A stretch of DNA of 64,000 bases. It comes from Cyanobacteriota bacterium. GTDB taxonomy: Bacteria; Cyanobacteriota; Cyanobacteriia; Cyanobacteriales; Nostocaceae. The DNA lies in assembly GCA_046045965.1 (NCBI GenBank), contig JBJOKS010000026.1:20141-84140 (forward strand). Reading direction: 5' to 3'. Shown here in pieces: positions 41,758-54,380 of this stretch (positions are counted from its first letter, which is position 1; the number at the start of each line of letters is the position of its first letter). The position numbers and the translations under genes were made by a program. The notes below the pieces were generated by a model. That model saw only the letters and a program-made list of their open reading frames with translations. It was not told where the DNA came from and made no database searches.

Positions 41758-42840
41758 ATGACTACAACCTTATTACAAACCAATTTCCTGGAATCATTGC
41801 TAGGTAAAGAAGCCGAAGACTTGCTGACATACAAAGCCAAAGTTTCTTCAGAATTGCTGCATTTACCAGGAGCAGATTTTATAGATCGAGTGTGGATAAA
41901 TAGCGATCGCTCTCCCCGTGTGGTGCGAAATTTACAACAAATCTATTCTACTGGACGTTTAGCAAATACTGGCTATCTTTCTATTCTCCCTGTAGACCAA
42001 GGTATTGAACATTCAGCGGGTTCTGCTTTTGCAGCTAATCCTATTTATTTTGACCCAGAAAATATTGTTAAATTAGCAATAGAAGCTGGTTGTAATGCTG
42101 TGGCGACAACTTTAGGTGTATTGGGCAGTGTTTCCCGCAAATATGCCCATAAAATCCCTTTTATTGCTAAGATAAATCATAATGAATTGTTGACTTATCC
42201 GAATCAATTTGACCAAATTATGTTTGCTGATGTTTGGCAAGCTTGGCATTTGGGAGCAACCGCAGTCGGGGCAACTATTTATTTTGGTTCAGAACATTCT
42301 AGCAGACAAATTCAGGAAGTAAGTCAAGCTTTTAAACACGCCCATGAATTGGGTATGGCAACTGTGCTTTGGTGTTATTTAAGGAATAGTAATTTTCAAC
42401 AAGATCAAGATTATCACTTGGCGGCTGATTTAACTGGACAAGCGAATCATTTGGGTGTAACTATTGAAGCCGATATCATTAAACAAAAGTTACCAGAATG
42501 CAATAATGGTTATGGGGCAATTGCTAAAGCTGCTGGTAAAAGTTACGGTAAAACTGATGAGCGAGTTTACACAGAATTAACAACAGAAAACCCCATAGAT
42601 TTAACTCGTTATCAAGTTTTAAATTGCTATGCTGGACGGGTAGGATTAATTAATTCTGGGGGTGCTTCTGGTAAAAATGATTTTGCGGAAGCTGTGCGTT
42701 CTGCTGTAATTAATAAACGTGCTGGTGGTACTGGTTTAATTTCTGGAAGAAAGACTTTTCAGCGTCCGTTTGAGGAAGGAGTAAGGTTGTTTCATGCCAT
42801 TCAAGATGTTTATTTATCGCCTATGGTAACTGTAGCGTGA
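41758..42840 (+). CDS. fbaB: Class I fructose-bisphosphate aldolase
   Basis: [45 protein letters not shown]. Confidence 0.95.
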   Translation: MTTTLLQTNFLESLLGKEAEDLLTYKAKVSSELLHLPGADFIDRVWINSDRSPRVVRNLQQIYSTGRLANTGYLSILPVDQGIEHSAGSAFAANPIYFDPENIVKLAIEAGCNAVATTLGVLGSVSRKYAHKIPFIAKINHNELLTYPNQFDQIMFADVWQAWHLGATAVGATIYFGSEHSSRQIQEVSQAFKHAHELGMATVLWCYLRNSNFQQDQDYHLAADLTGQANHLGVTIEADIIKQKLPECNNGYGAIAKAAGKSYGKTDERVYTELTTENPIDLTRYQVLNCYAGRVGLINSGGASGKNDFAEAVRSAVINKRAGGTGLISGRKTFQRPFEEGVRLFHAIQDVYLSPMVTVA

Positions 42841-42954
42841 TTTTGCTTGGTCGCAGATACCCGACTATTTTCAGAAGTTGGGTATCTTGTTGTTCAATTA
42901 TTTACATTACTCTTTATCCCACATTCCGCACTTCAATTTGTAGTACATATACAA

Positions 42955-43612
42955 CCCACATTCCGCACCCTCAACTGTCACAAGGTAAAAAAGCCATTAA
43001 AGTAGTACACAAAAACTAAAGTCAATCCAAAGATTAAGAGACTTAATGAGAAATAATAGCATTAAAAGGGAGATGGTGTGAGAAAGTGAAGCTTGGTAAC
43101 AAAAACAAAATAAAAAAATGAATTGATAACCAAATAAGAAATAATTGAACTTAAAACAATTCATCATAGAAATGATATGTTCAGGAGATGGAGATATACC
43201 AATATTTTTGAAATTAGCATCGGGAAATCAAGCAGATTCATCATGCTTTGGTAAAATAGCAGTAGAATATCAAAAACAATTAGAAGTTAATAGTCTCATT
43301 GTTGCTGACTCTGCTTTATATACAGAATCAAACCTGAAAATGATGTCAGAATTGCGTTGGTTATGTCGAGTACCATTAAGTATAAAAGCAGGGAAATCAT
43401 TAATTTCAACAATCCCCGAATCAGAATTTATTGATAGTAAAATACCAGGATATAAATTAGCATCAAAAACCGAAAATTATGCCGGAATAGAACAGAGATG
43501 GTTAGTAGTGCAAAGTCAAGAAAGAAGAGAATCAGACCTGCGTAAGCTCACACAATATGATATACGTGGATACATGATGTCCAATTCCGATTGGCAAAAA
43601 AGAAAGCATTAG
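42955..43612 (+). pseudogene. IS1634-family transposase remnant, internally deleted and 3'-truncated
   Basis: LKQFII..GDGDIP..SGNQAD..VADSALY..WLCRVP..EQRWLVV.SQ; terminal motif CCCACATTCCGCA at 42955; similarity ends near 43555. Confidence 0.85.
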
Positions 43613-43700
43613 CTAATGATTAGCAGCGAAAATAAATCCAGATTTTTACCTAAAATGGGCAAAATCTGGACAAGGCTGATATTTAATTTTCTAGAACGTA

Positions 43701-43773
<73 letters not shown>

Positions 43774-43855
43774 GTGGGGCTTTTTTTATGTGCGCCACGA
43801 TTACTAAATGTAGCAAAAGAAAATGGATTTGTCAAGGGGTTTATAGAAAAAAGTT

Positions 43856-44725
43856 TTATGCTGCTTTGACTCCTAACTTCACCCAGGTGAAAACGACGAC
43901 GAACACGAGGAACTGCACCAGAACAATACTCGGACCAGAAGCCAGGTTAAACACCCCAGAAACCATCATTCCAGCGATGCTGCTGGTGGAACCGACTATG
44001 ACCGAAAGAATGAGAAAACGGCTAAAATGGTGACTCATCAGTTTAGCAGTAGCAGCGGGAATGACTAAAAAGGCATTTACCAATAAAACCCCAACGGCTT
44101 TAATGGCCACAGCAACGGCTAAAGATAGTAAGATTACAAACCCATAGCGATATAATTGCACAGGAACGCCTTGGACTTGGGCAACATCGGGGTTAAGGGT
44201 TAACAAAATTTGCGATCGCAGAGTTGATAATAAAAAAATGCTGCTACCTACCAGCACCAGCAGCGTCAACATTAAATCTGTGGTATCAATGGCCAAAATA
44301 TCGCCAAATAGTACAGCCATCAAGTTACCACGATATCCCTTAATCATGCTGCTGAGAATGACACCTATGGCTAATGCTCCTGATAGAACTATACTCAGAA
44401 CGCTATCACTAGCTAAATCTGTTTTGTCAATTAAATAGAGGACAATTACACCAAAAATTAAAGTAAATGGCAACAACATCCAGTGAGGATTTGTATTTAG
44501 TAACACTCCTAATGCTACACCTACTAATGCTGCATGACCTACAGCATGACTAAAAAATGATAACTGGCGTAGAGTCACAAAGCTGCCTAATAAACCGCCT
44601 AGTATTCCCATTAATACAGCACCGATAATGGCACGTTGCATGAACGGGAATTGTAGCAAATTTATTAACTCATTAATATTAGTAATACCTAACCAGTCGC
44701 TTTGAACATCAATCAATATATCCAT
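43856..44725 (-). CDS. znuB: Zn/Mn ABC transporter permease
   Basis: HAVGHAAL, LFGDIL, VGVLLVNAFLVIPAATA, SGPSIV. Confidence 0.9.
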   Translation of the reverse strand: MDILIDVQSDWLGITNINELINLLQFPFMQRAIIGAVLMGILGGLLGSFVTLRQLSFFSHAVGHAALVGVALGVLLNTNPHWMLLPFTLIFGVIVLYLIDKTDLASDSVLSIVLSGALAIGVILSSMIKGYRGNLMAVLFGDILAIDTTDLMLTLLVLVGSSIFLLSTLRSQILLTLNPDVAQVQGVPVQLYRYGFVILLSLAVAVAIKAVGVLLVNAFLVIPAATAKLMSHHFSRFLILSVIVGSTSSIAGMMVSGVFNLASGPSIVLVQFLVFVVVFTWVKLGVKAA

Positions 44726-44954
44726 ATCTCTGGTTTGACGGCTATTTTTATCTATCCTGTCAATAGATTATCTTTCATTTGCTCATTAAATTTAAATTTA
44801 AAATTTTAGTCCATATATTTACAGTTAAAGTTTTTCGCTTTTTTCCATAAATAAATTGACTTAACAAAAACCTTTATCAAGCTGTAGCTGAACATATAGA
44901 TGAAAAAGATTAATTCTTTCTCCTGACTCCTGACTCCTGACTCCTTGAACTCCT

Positions 44955-45758
44955 TTAATGATGATGTTGATAACGACTAAAACCAGGACCATAAGTTGCT
45001 AAGAGATTTTGCGGTGAAAGGGCAATTTCTGGATGACCACTACACACAACAGTTTGATTAAGACAAAGGACGCGATCGCAATGACGGTTTACCATATCAA
45101 TATCATGGGAAACCTGTAAAATTGTCCAATTCTCCTCCCGTTTTAACTCATTTAGCAAGGCATAAAAATCAGCCGCACCTTGCATATCTACCCCAGCAAA
45201 AGCTTCATCCAATACCAACAATTTTCTCGTTGTTACCAAACAATAAGCCAATAAAACTCGTTTCAATTGACCACCACTGAGAGTACCAATAGCTTGATTT
45301 CGTAGGTGATAAGCATCTGTTCTTTGTAAAGCTGCTTTAACTGCGGCTGAATTCTCTCGTTTATTTTGCCAAAAATTGGAGAAAAATAAATGTTTATTCC
45401 TAGCTGTCACCCTTCCCTTATCACCTATTCCCAGTTCTACTAACTCGCTCACAGAAATGGGAAAACTACGATCAAAAATAAAGTTTTGTGGCATATAGCC
45501 CAACTGATTACGCAAACTCCCTAACCTGGAAATGGGACGACCAAAAATTTCAATTGTCCCAGCACTGCGGGGAACTAAATCTAAGATAGCTTTAACTAAG
45601 GTACTTTTACCTGCGCCATTTGGTCCTACTATAGCTGTATCTGTTCCTGGAAATAATTCAAAGGAAACATCCCTTACAGCTAGATAGCTTCCTTGATAGA
45701 CGGTTAACCCTTCAACTTTTAATATCGGCAATGTCATTAATTGTTGATCTTCATTCAT
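44955..45758 (-). CDS. znuC: Zn/Mn ABC transporter ATP-binding protein
   Basis: GPNGAGKS, LSGGQ, LDEAF, VSHD; C-terminal HHH. Confidence 0.9.
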   Translation of the reverse strand: MNEDQQLMTLPILKVEGLTVYQGSYLAVRDVSFELFPGTDTAIVGPNGAGKSTLVKAILDLVPRSAGTIEIFGRPISRLGSLRNQLGYMPQNFIFDRSFPISVSELVELGIGDKGRVTARNKHLFFSNFWQNKRENSAAVKAALQRTDAYHLRNQAIGTLSGGQLKRVLLAYCLVTTRKLLVLDEAFAGVDMQGAADFYALLNELKREENWTILQVSHDIDMVNRHCDRVLCLNQTVVCSGHPEIALSPQNLLATYGPGFSRYQHHH

Positions 45759-45832
45759 TCAATTTTGGATTTTGGATTTTAGATTTTAGATTTTGAATTA
45801 TCAATTATCAATTATCAATTATCAATTATCAA

Positions 45833-46834
45833 TTATTTACATCCTGCTGCTAAATTCTGTAAATTAGCTTTCATTGCTTGAAAATAATACTGCGGATTTG
45901 TTTCCCCATTTTCTAAAGAATTTAGAGGATACAACGTTAATTTCAAATCTTGAGAAAGGCTGGTTAGTAATTTGTTATCTACTCCTGGTTCACTAAATAA
46001 GGCTTTGACTTTGTACTTTTTTACTGTATTTATAGCTTTCTGCACATCCGCTGGTGAAAGCTGGTCTTCGGGAATTTCTACTACTGCAACTTGTTTGAGG
46101 TTGTAGCGTTTGGCCATGTAAGGAAAGGCATCATGAAAAGTGATAAATGTACAGTTAGGAGTTTTGCTTAAAGTCTGCTGAAATTCATTATCTAACTTTT
46201 CTAATTCCTGAATATAAGCTGCTGCATTAGCTTGATAAACTTCTTTATTTACAGGATCAGCAGTAATTAAACCATCTCGAATATTGATAACTTGCTGTTT
46301 AGCAAAAACTGGATCTAGCCAAACATGAGGATTACCATCTGCGTGATTATGTTTATCTTCTTGTTTGTGTTCATGTTTGTGGTCATGGTCTTGATGTTTT
46401 TTTTCCTCATCTATCACTTTAATACCTTTGCTGGCATCAATTTCTACTAATTGAGAATTTTGAGCATTTTTCACAGTATCTTCAAGAAATTCCTCCAAAC
46501 CTAAGCCATTTTTTACGAGAATATTGGTAGTGGCGATCGCTTTCACGTTATCTGGTGTGGACTGATATTCATGCACATCAGTACCTGGTGGCACTAAAAT
46601 ATCTACATCTGCTACATCCCCAACCACAGCTTTAGTAAACAAGAAAACTGGCAAAATTGTTGTCACAACCTTAGTTTTACTTAATTTTGCCTCTGGTGAT
46701 TGTTCAGAATTTATATCGCTTTTAGAGTTCGATTCATTACATCCATAAATTGGTAAAAATATTAGCAGTGCCATTAAAGCCAGGATCTTGCTTTTTTGTT
46801 TGTTTACTGTGAGTCTTAAATAATTCCTCATCAT
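45833..46834 (-). CDS. znuA: Zn/Mn ABC transporter substrate-binding lipoprotein
   Basis: DVHEY, His-rich loop, NPHVWLDP, TFHDAF; start set at ATG 46834 behind a GAGGAGG RBS. Confidence 0.9.
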   Translation of the reverse strand: MMRNYLRLTVNKQKSKILALMALLIFLPIYGCNESNSKSDINSEQSPEAKLSKTKVVTTILPVFLFTKAVVGDVADVDILVPPGTDVHEYQSTPDNVKAIATTNILVKNGLGLEEFLEDTVKNAQNSQLVEIDASKGIKVIDEEKKHQDHDHKHEHKQEDKHNHADGNPHVWLDPVFAKQQVINIRDGLITADPVNKEVYQANAAAYIQELEKLDNEFQQTLSKTPNCTFITFHDAFPYMAKRYNLKQVAVVEIPEDQLSPADVQKAINTVKKYKVKALFSEPGVDNKLLTSLSQDLKLTLYPLNSLENGETNPQYYFQAMKANLQNLAAGCK

Positions 46835-46918
46835 CTGGTTTCCCCTCCTCAATGATACTGTTTTTAGCTGTATGCAAGATTCTTGTTGACAAGAAACCCG
46901 ATTGGACAAATAATATAA

Positions 46919-46933
46919 TAATTATCATTATCA
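46919..46933. promoter_or_regulatory. Putative Zur (FurB) box
   Basis: Minus strand TGATAATGATAATTA versus the 7-1-7 consensus TGATAATnATTATCA; lies between divergent znuA and porin. Confidence 0.7.
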
Positions 46934-47166
46934 TGCAATACTAACAACAATATCATGTAATATTCACAAAAATTGGTTGTGTCAGTAATGACAACCAACT
47001 TTTTTCAGTGCATACTGCTTTTATTGACTGTCCAACTGATTAGGGTTTGTTGACCTATAGATAAAACAACTCTTATTTTTGTGATTAAATTGACAGAAAT
47101 CTTTAGTAATTTTACCATTCTATATTGGTGGTGAAGGTGACATTTATAAACAGGTGTGAGGGTAAA

Positions 47167-48708
47167 ATGCAAAAATTTTGGGCATATCTACTGACAAGTC
47201 CGGCAGTTTGCAGCGCAGTGCTTTCTATTACCACTGTTGCCTCAGCAGGGGAAGTAGCAAAGACAACGGAAACTGAACAGCTTTCCCAACAGGAAATATC
47301 ACAAGTAACATCAGTATCTCAGCTATCAGACGTGCAGCCTGGAGATTGGGCGTTTCAAGCGTTACAATCTTTAGTAGAACGTTACGGTTGTATTGCAGGT
47401 TATCCTAATGGTACATACCGTGGTAATCGGGCATTAACCCGGTATGAATTTGCAGCAGGTTTGAATGCTTGTTTGGATCGGGTTAACGAATTAATTGCCA
47501 CAGCAACTGCTGATGCGGTAACAAAACAAGATTTAGCAACAATTCAAAAACTGCAAGAAGATTTTTCTGCGGAACTAGCAACCTTGCGGGGACGTGTGGA
47601 TGCGCTAGAAGCAAGGACATCTGAGTTAGAAGCAAATCAATTTTCGACTACCACCAAACTGCAAGGACAAGTAGTTGCTGTTGTTAGCGATGTTTTGGCA
47701 GGTAATAATGCTACCAACCAAAATACTACACTGGGTGCAAGGGCAAGAATTGAATTTGTCAGCAGCTTTACGGGTAAAGATACGCTGTTTACCAGAATTG
47801 AAAGTAATAATATCAATACTCCTCCTCTGACTACTCAAGAAGGAAATTTGTTTTTTCAAGGTCCTAATGGTGATACCAACGCTTTCTTAGGTACACTGTG
47901 GTACAAATTCCCCGTAGGCGAAAAAACACAGGTTATAGCCATTGCTGAAGGTGGTGCAGCAGACGATGTTACCAGTACAGTTAATATCTTCGATGGTGAT
48001 GGTGCGTTTGGTGCTTTGTCCACTTTTGGTACACGCAACCCAATTTATGGACAACTAGGTAGTAAAGGACTGGGAGCCACTCACCAGTTTAGCGATAAAT
48101 TAGGACTAAGTTTAGCCTATTTGAGTAGTGATGCTAACAACCCCAGTGCGGGAAGTGGTTTGTTTGATGGTCCCTATGGTGCTTTGGCACAGTTGACAGT
48201 AAAACCAAGCGATCGCATTACCCTTGGTTTCACTTACATCAATTCCTACAACATATCACTCGCTACAGGTAGTAGTCGAGCAACTTTTGATGGTATTAGT
48301 GACAATTTTTCCAGTAATTCCTACGGTGTACAAGCATCCGTTGGTATTAGTGAGAAATTTGTCTTAGGTGGTTGGGCTGGATATACCAATAGCAGTACGT
48401 TGACAGGTATTAGGGGAGATGTTGACATTTGGAACTATGCCGTTACCCTTGGTTTCCCAGACTTGGGCAAAAAAGGTAACTTAGCTGGTATTATCGTCGG
48501 TATGGAACCGAAAGTTACAGGCACAAGTTCCAGTTTGGCACAATTGAGAGACGGAGATACCTCATATCACGTTGAGGCATTTTATCAATATAAAGTTAGC
48601 GACAATATCACCATTACCCCTGGTGTTATTTGGTTAACAGCACCAAACCATAACACTAATAATAATGATGTGGTAATTGGTGCTTTGAGAACTACCTTCA
48701 GTTTTTAA
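47167..48708 (+). CDS. SLH-domain OprB-type outer-membrane (metal uptake) porin
   Basis: QVTSVSQLSDVQP.DWAFQALQSLVERYGCIAGY; ends GALRTTFSF; ATG at 47167. Confidence 0.93.
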   Translation: MQKFWAYLLTSPAVCSAVLSITTVASAGEVAKTTETEQLSQQEISQVTSVSQLSDVQPGDWAFQALQSLVERYGCIAGYPNGTYRGNRALTRYEFAAGLNACLDRVNELIATATADAVTKQDLATIQKLQEDFSAELATLRGRVDALEARTSELEANQFSTTTKLQGQVVAVVSDVLAGNNATNQNTTLGARARIEFVSSFTGKDTLFTRIESNNINTPPLTTQEGNLFFQGPNGDTNAFLGTLWYKFPVGEKTQVIAIAEGGAADDVTSTVNIFDGDGAFGALSTFGTRNPIYGQLGSKGLGATHQFSDKLGLSLAYLSSDANNPSAGSGLFDGPYGALAQLTVKPSDRITLGFTYINSYNISLATGSSRATFDGISDNFSSNSYGVQASVGISEKFVLGGWAGYTNSSTLTGIRGDVDIWNYAVTLGFPDLGKKGNLAGIIVGMEPKVTGTSSSLAQLRDGDTSYHVEAFYQYKVSDNITITPGVIWLTAPNHNTNNNDVVIGALRTTFSF

Positions 48709-48761
48709 GAACAGGGAACAGGGAACAGGGAACAGGGAACAGACAAAAGATAAATATTTTC

Positions 48762-48879
<118 letters not shown>

Positions 48880-49136
48880 GAAATTCTTTTAAACTCATCT
48901 TGTTAAGTAAAAGACCAGCCCTCCCACAGGCTGGTCTAAATGTAAAAAAACGTTGTTCGTGTTGTCTTCTCAGTAGAGTCAAAACCAAATTGCGCGTTCC
49001 CAAAATGCAACGGGCAACTTTTCTTAACAAGATTGTAACAGTCAGTACAGTTTTTTCATGTAAAATTCTCAAAAAATATCTGTCCTTGGGTAAGTCAGTC
49101 TTTATATTTCTGGGAGGATGGGGAAGAAAATTAATT

Positions 49137-50888
<1,752 letters not shown>

Positions 50889-51031
50889 AACAATTAGTCA
50901 TCCGAATTTTAGATTTTGGATTTTGGATTTCAGCAAAAAGCGTCAGAGATTCCGATTTCCTTGAGAATTATTCTAACGGTTACTTTTGATGATTGATTTA
51001 ATTTTTTCACAATAGATTTTAGCTAACCTGA

Positions 51032-51832
51032 CTAAGCAGCTACTTTCTTTCTTCTACTCACAGCAGCACTCATAGTAACAGCCAAGCATATACCACCTAA
51101 CATACCCGGTTCTGGAACAGATGTTGATTTTGGGGAAGTTCCCACTTTAATCTGAAAGGCCAGATGAGAATTTGTAGGAGCTGTACCTGTCCAGTTAAAT
51201 GACGTTTTACCAGTTAAGGTAAAGTTAGTGGTGATATTACTAAGGTGCAAATAGTCTATATCTCTGGTAGCTGAACCAAGAGAGGAGAGATTACCTATTG
51301 ATGTACCGTTGAAAACGAGGTCGCTCAATGTAATTGAGTTACTGGTCGTGCTAGAGTTGTTATCTCTGGCACGAGTACGTAAGAATATATCTGTTGCTGG
51401 TCCAGTAAATTGAGTAGAATATAGTGTTTTTGTGGCAGTAGAATTACCAGACTCGAAAAGTTTGTAAGTCACCTGGCTGCCATCATATTGCAAGCTGAAA
51501 TCCCATAACTTTCCATTTACCCAGTTCAACTGATCTTGAACAACTGGTTGACCAGGATTTATCAATGCTTGCACATCTTGGTTAATGCTTAATTCTTGAG
51601 TTCCGTTGCCGGCATTATTCCCAATTCGACCTTCAGCAACAAAAAGTTCTTTAAAATCTCCGTTGTCGAGCAATAAATTAAAGTCTGTATCATCAAAACC
51701 AGGAGTAGCATCTTGAGATGTTAAAGGAGTTATTGTCACAGCCTTTGCCTGGTGGGGAGTGATTAATAAACCCAGCGTAACTAATGCAAAAACTAAAGAT
51801 TGGGTGGTATTTTTGTGGAAACTTAGCATCAT
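51032..51832 (-). CDS. PEP-CTERM sorting-domain surface protein
   Basis: Signal peptide; C-terminal VPEP + TM helix + RRKK. Confidence 0.88.
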   Translation of the reverse strand: MMLSFHKNTTQSLVFALVTLGLLITPHQAKAVTITPLTSQDATPGFDDTDFNLLLDNGDFKELFVAEGRIGNNAGNGTQELSINQDVQALINPGQPVVQDQLNWVNGKLWDFSLQYDGSQVTYKLFESGNSTATKTLYSTQFTGPATDIFLRTRARDNNSSTTSNSITLSDLVFNGTSIGNLSSLGSATRDIDYLHLSNITTNFTLTGKTSFNWTGTAPTNSHLAFQIKVGTSPKSTSVPEPGMLGGICLAVTMSAAVSRRKKVAA

Positions 51833-52023
51833 GCCTCCTAAAGACGATAAAATATACGTCGGTAATTATTTAAGTAGTTTTACTGTGGGAAAGTTATATT
51901 ATATATATAGTTTACCCTTTATAAAGAGCGATATTAACAGCTTTAAACAAAGATTATTTTCTTTTTACATAAATTTTATATTCAATGTTGATAAAATCTT
52001 TCAAACATTCTGCATAAATAAAA

Positions 52024-52050
52024 AACCCAGAAATATAACATTTCTGGGTT
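52024..52050. terminator. Rho-independent terminator
   Basis: AACCCAGAAAT-N5-ATTTCTGGGTT with an A-run on the left (U-tail on the minus strand). Confidence 0.65.
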
Positions 52051-52124
52051 AAATTATTAGCCTTTAAACAAGGCGTATTTTTTTGTCATAGCAGACACGA
52101 ATGTTTCTTGACAGGAAATAGCTT

Positions 52125-52397
52125 TTACTGCCAAGGTGAAGGAATAGCAGTAGTTGACAGGACTTTATCTGCCATTAATCTTAAAGCTGTTTTACCACAA
52201 TTGGGGCAGGTAATTTCTAGATACTGTGAAGTGGTGACATCTACTTCACTCAAGAGTCCTTGTTTACAATGCCAGCATTCAAAAATCACTCTACTAACAG
52301 GTTCATTGCAATCTAATATCTTGATATGTTGAGAGGGGGTTGGTTCACTGTCTAGTTTTCTGGGTTTGGGGAATTTTTTGATTTCTTGAACTTCCAT
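52125..52397 (-). CDS. Small Zn-ribbon hypothetical protein
   Basis: CWHC and CPNC pairs. Confidence 0.75.
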   Translation of the reverse strand: MEVQEIKKFPKPRKLDSEPTPSQHIKILDCNEPVSRVIFECWHCKQGLLSEVDVTTSQYLEITCPNCGKTALRLMADKVLSTTAIPSPWQ

Positions 52398-52886
52398 CGT
52401 CTTACCTGCTTAACTCTCTATATAACTTTACCTTTTGCGCCGGGAGTGAACCAGGGGAAACGCATCAGTTTTTGGACTTGATCAGAAAAAAGGCTGAAAC
52501 CCCAAGTATTCAGCCATAAAACTATATTTCTGACTTCTGTCCAAGTTTGGTCATTTATTTACATCTTTAAAAAAAGAAGTGGGTGATCTTCAACCCTGCA
52601 TTTATGAAACTCCTGAATACTTACTAAAATACATTTTTTTATTTCACGCAGAGGAGGACACTTGCTTGGGCGGGTTTCCCGACTTGTGCAAAGTGTCCGT
52701 CGCGCAGAGAACGCAGAGAGAAATATGTGTAATATTGGAGTGCTAAGAAAGTATTTTTTATTAATTTTTTTGACAAATGTGTTAATTTTTGAATATATTA
52801 TGTGATATTATAAACAACGGCAATTTCACAGAAATTTCTGAGTATTATATTAGTCAGGAATTGAATATTTATAACGGTTAAAGAAG

Positions 52887-54257
52887 ATGAGTAATATTTT
52901 CGGTGATTTTGATTTATCGTCTCTGAAACACAACTCTGATTTTAAAGAAGATAGTGTCAGAGAAGTAATTATTCTACCTATTTTAAAAGCACTTGGTTAT
53001 ACAGAAATAAATATAGTTCGCAGTAAAACATTACAACATCCTTTTTTGAAAATTGGTAGTAAAAAACGTCCTATCAATCTTATTCCTGATTATGTCTTAA
53101 AGGTAGAAAATAATTTTGCTTGGGTACTGGATGCAAAAGCACCAAATGAAAATATCAAATCAGGTGATCATATAGAACAAGTTTATAGTTATGCTACCCA
53201 TCCAGAAATTAGGAGTAATTATTTTGCTCTTTGTAATGGTGTGGAGTTTTCTATATTTAAAACTACTGCAACTAATATACCTGTTTTATTTTTCTCCCTT
53301 GATGAAATTGAGTATCATTGGGAAAAATTAACTCAATATCTATCACCTAACAGTTTTCAATCTGGCAAAAACTTTAGTTATGAAACTACCATAGCTACAG
53401 CTAAACCCAAAGGTGACTTTGATTATAATAATCGTCCTTTATTAGCAGAAATTCCAGTTAAAAAACAATCTGCTAAAAGACATTTTGGTGTTCATGGATA
53501 TTTTACTAAACAAGCTTGGAATGTAGTTGCTGAATATATTAAAAATTTTAGTCAACCTGGAGATTTAATTCTTGATCCTTTTGGTGGTAGTGGAGTTACA
53601 GCAATTGAAGCTTTAATGAATAACAGAAAAGCCATTAGTACAGATATTAACCCTATGGCTGTTTTTATTGTTAATTCTTTAATTGCTCCTGTAGATTTTG
53701 ACGATTTTTCAGCAGCTTTTGAAAGAGTAAAAACAGAATATCAAAAGAAAGAACCAACCACAGAAGCAGAAATTCAAAAAGCATTAACCAAATATCCCTA
53801 TCCTCAAGGTTTACAATTACCTAAAGGTTCAGATGTAGAAACAGTAGAACAGTTATTTAGTGATAAACAATTAGCACAACTATGTTTATTAAAGTCAATT
53901 ATTAAAAAAGAGAAAGATAAAAATATTAGAGATTCATTAATGTTAATGTTTTCTGGATTACTTAATAAAATAAACTTAACTTATCATGCTTCAGAAGGTA
54001 GAAGTGAGGGAAGGGGAAATAGTAGCGTTTTTGCATATTACCGATATAGAATAGCAAAAGAACCGGCATCGATTGAAATTTTACCTTATTTGCAATCAAG
54101 ATTTAAAAAAGTTAGTTCTGCTACCGCTTTTGAAAAACGGAACTACACCAGAAAATCAAACTATTTTGAGTGTATTAGAAGATATTGGAGAAGGGATAGG
54201 GGAAGACAGTTGGATACTAAAAAGAGAAGGTCAACTTTCGTTATTGTAGTAAATTAA
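52887..54257 (+). pseudogene. Restriction endonuclease (HsdR_N-like) + DNA methyltransferase fusion, disrupted
   Basis: KEDSVRE..IPDYVL..LDAKAP..QVYSYA..LCNG nuclease; motif I DPFGGSG; no DPPY/NPPY motif; probable native C-terminus in another frame at 54121-54249. Confidence 0.8.
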
Positions 54258-54380
54258 GACCTCCTTTCCTTCCTTTCCTTCTTTTCCTTCCTTTGCTCCT
54301 TTGCGACTTTGCGCGAAAAAAAATATCCCCTTCCAAAACCAGGGGATATCAAAAACCTGTCGAAAAAAATTATTAATTAA

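Noticed and set aside
43788..44033. 81-aa ORF beside tRNA-Phe as an integrase or excisionase
   Set aside because: Mostly antisense to znuB, with no recombinase motifs
52108..52332. Plus-strand 74-aa Cys-containing ORF
   Set aside because: Antisense to the better-supported Zn-ribbon gene, which has an ATG start and a terminator
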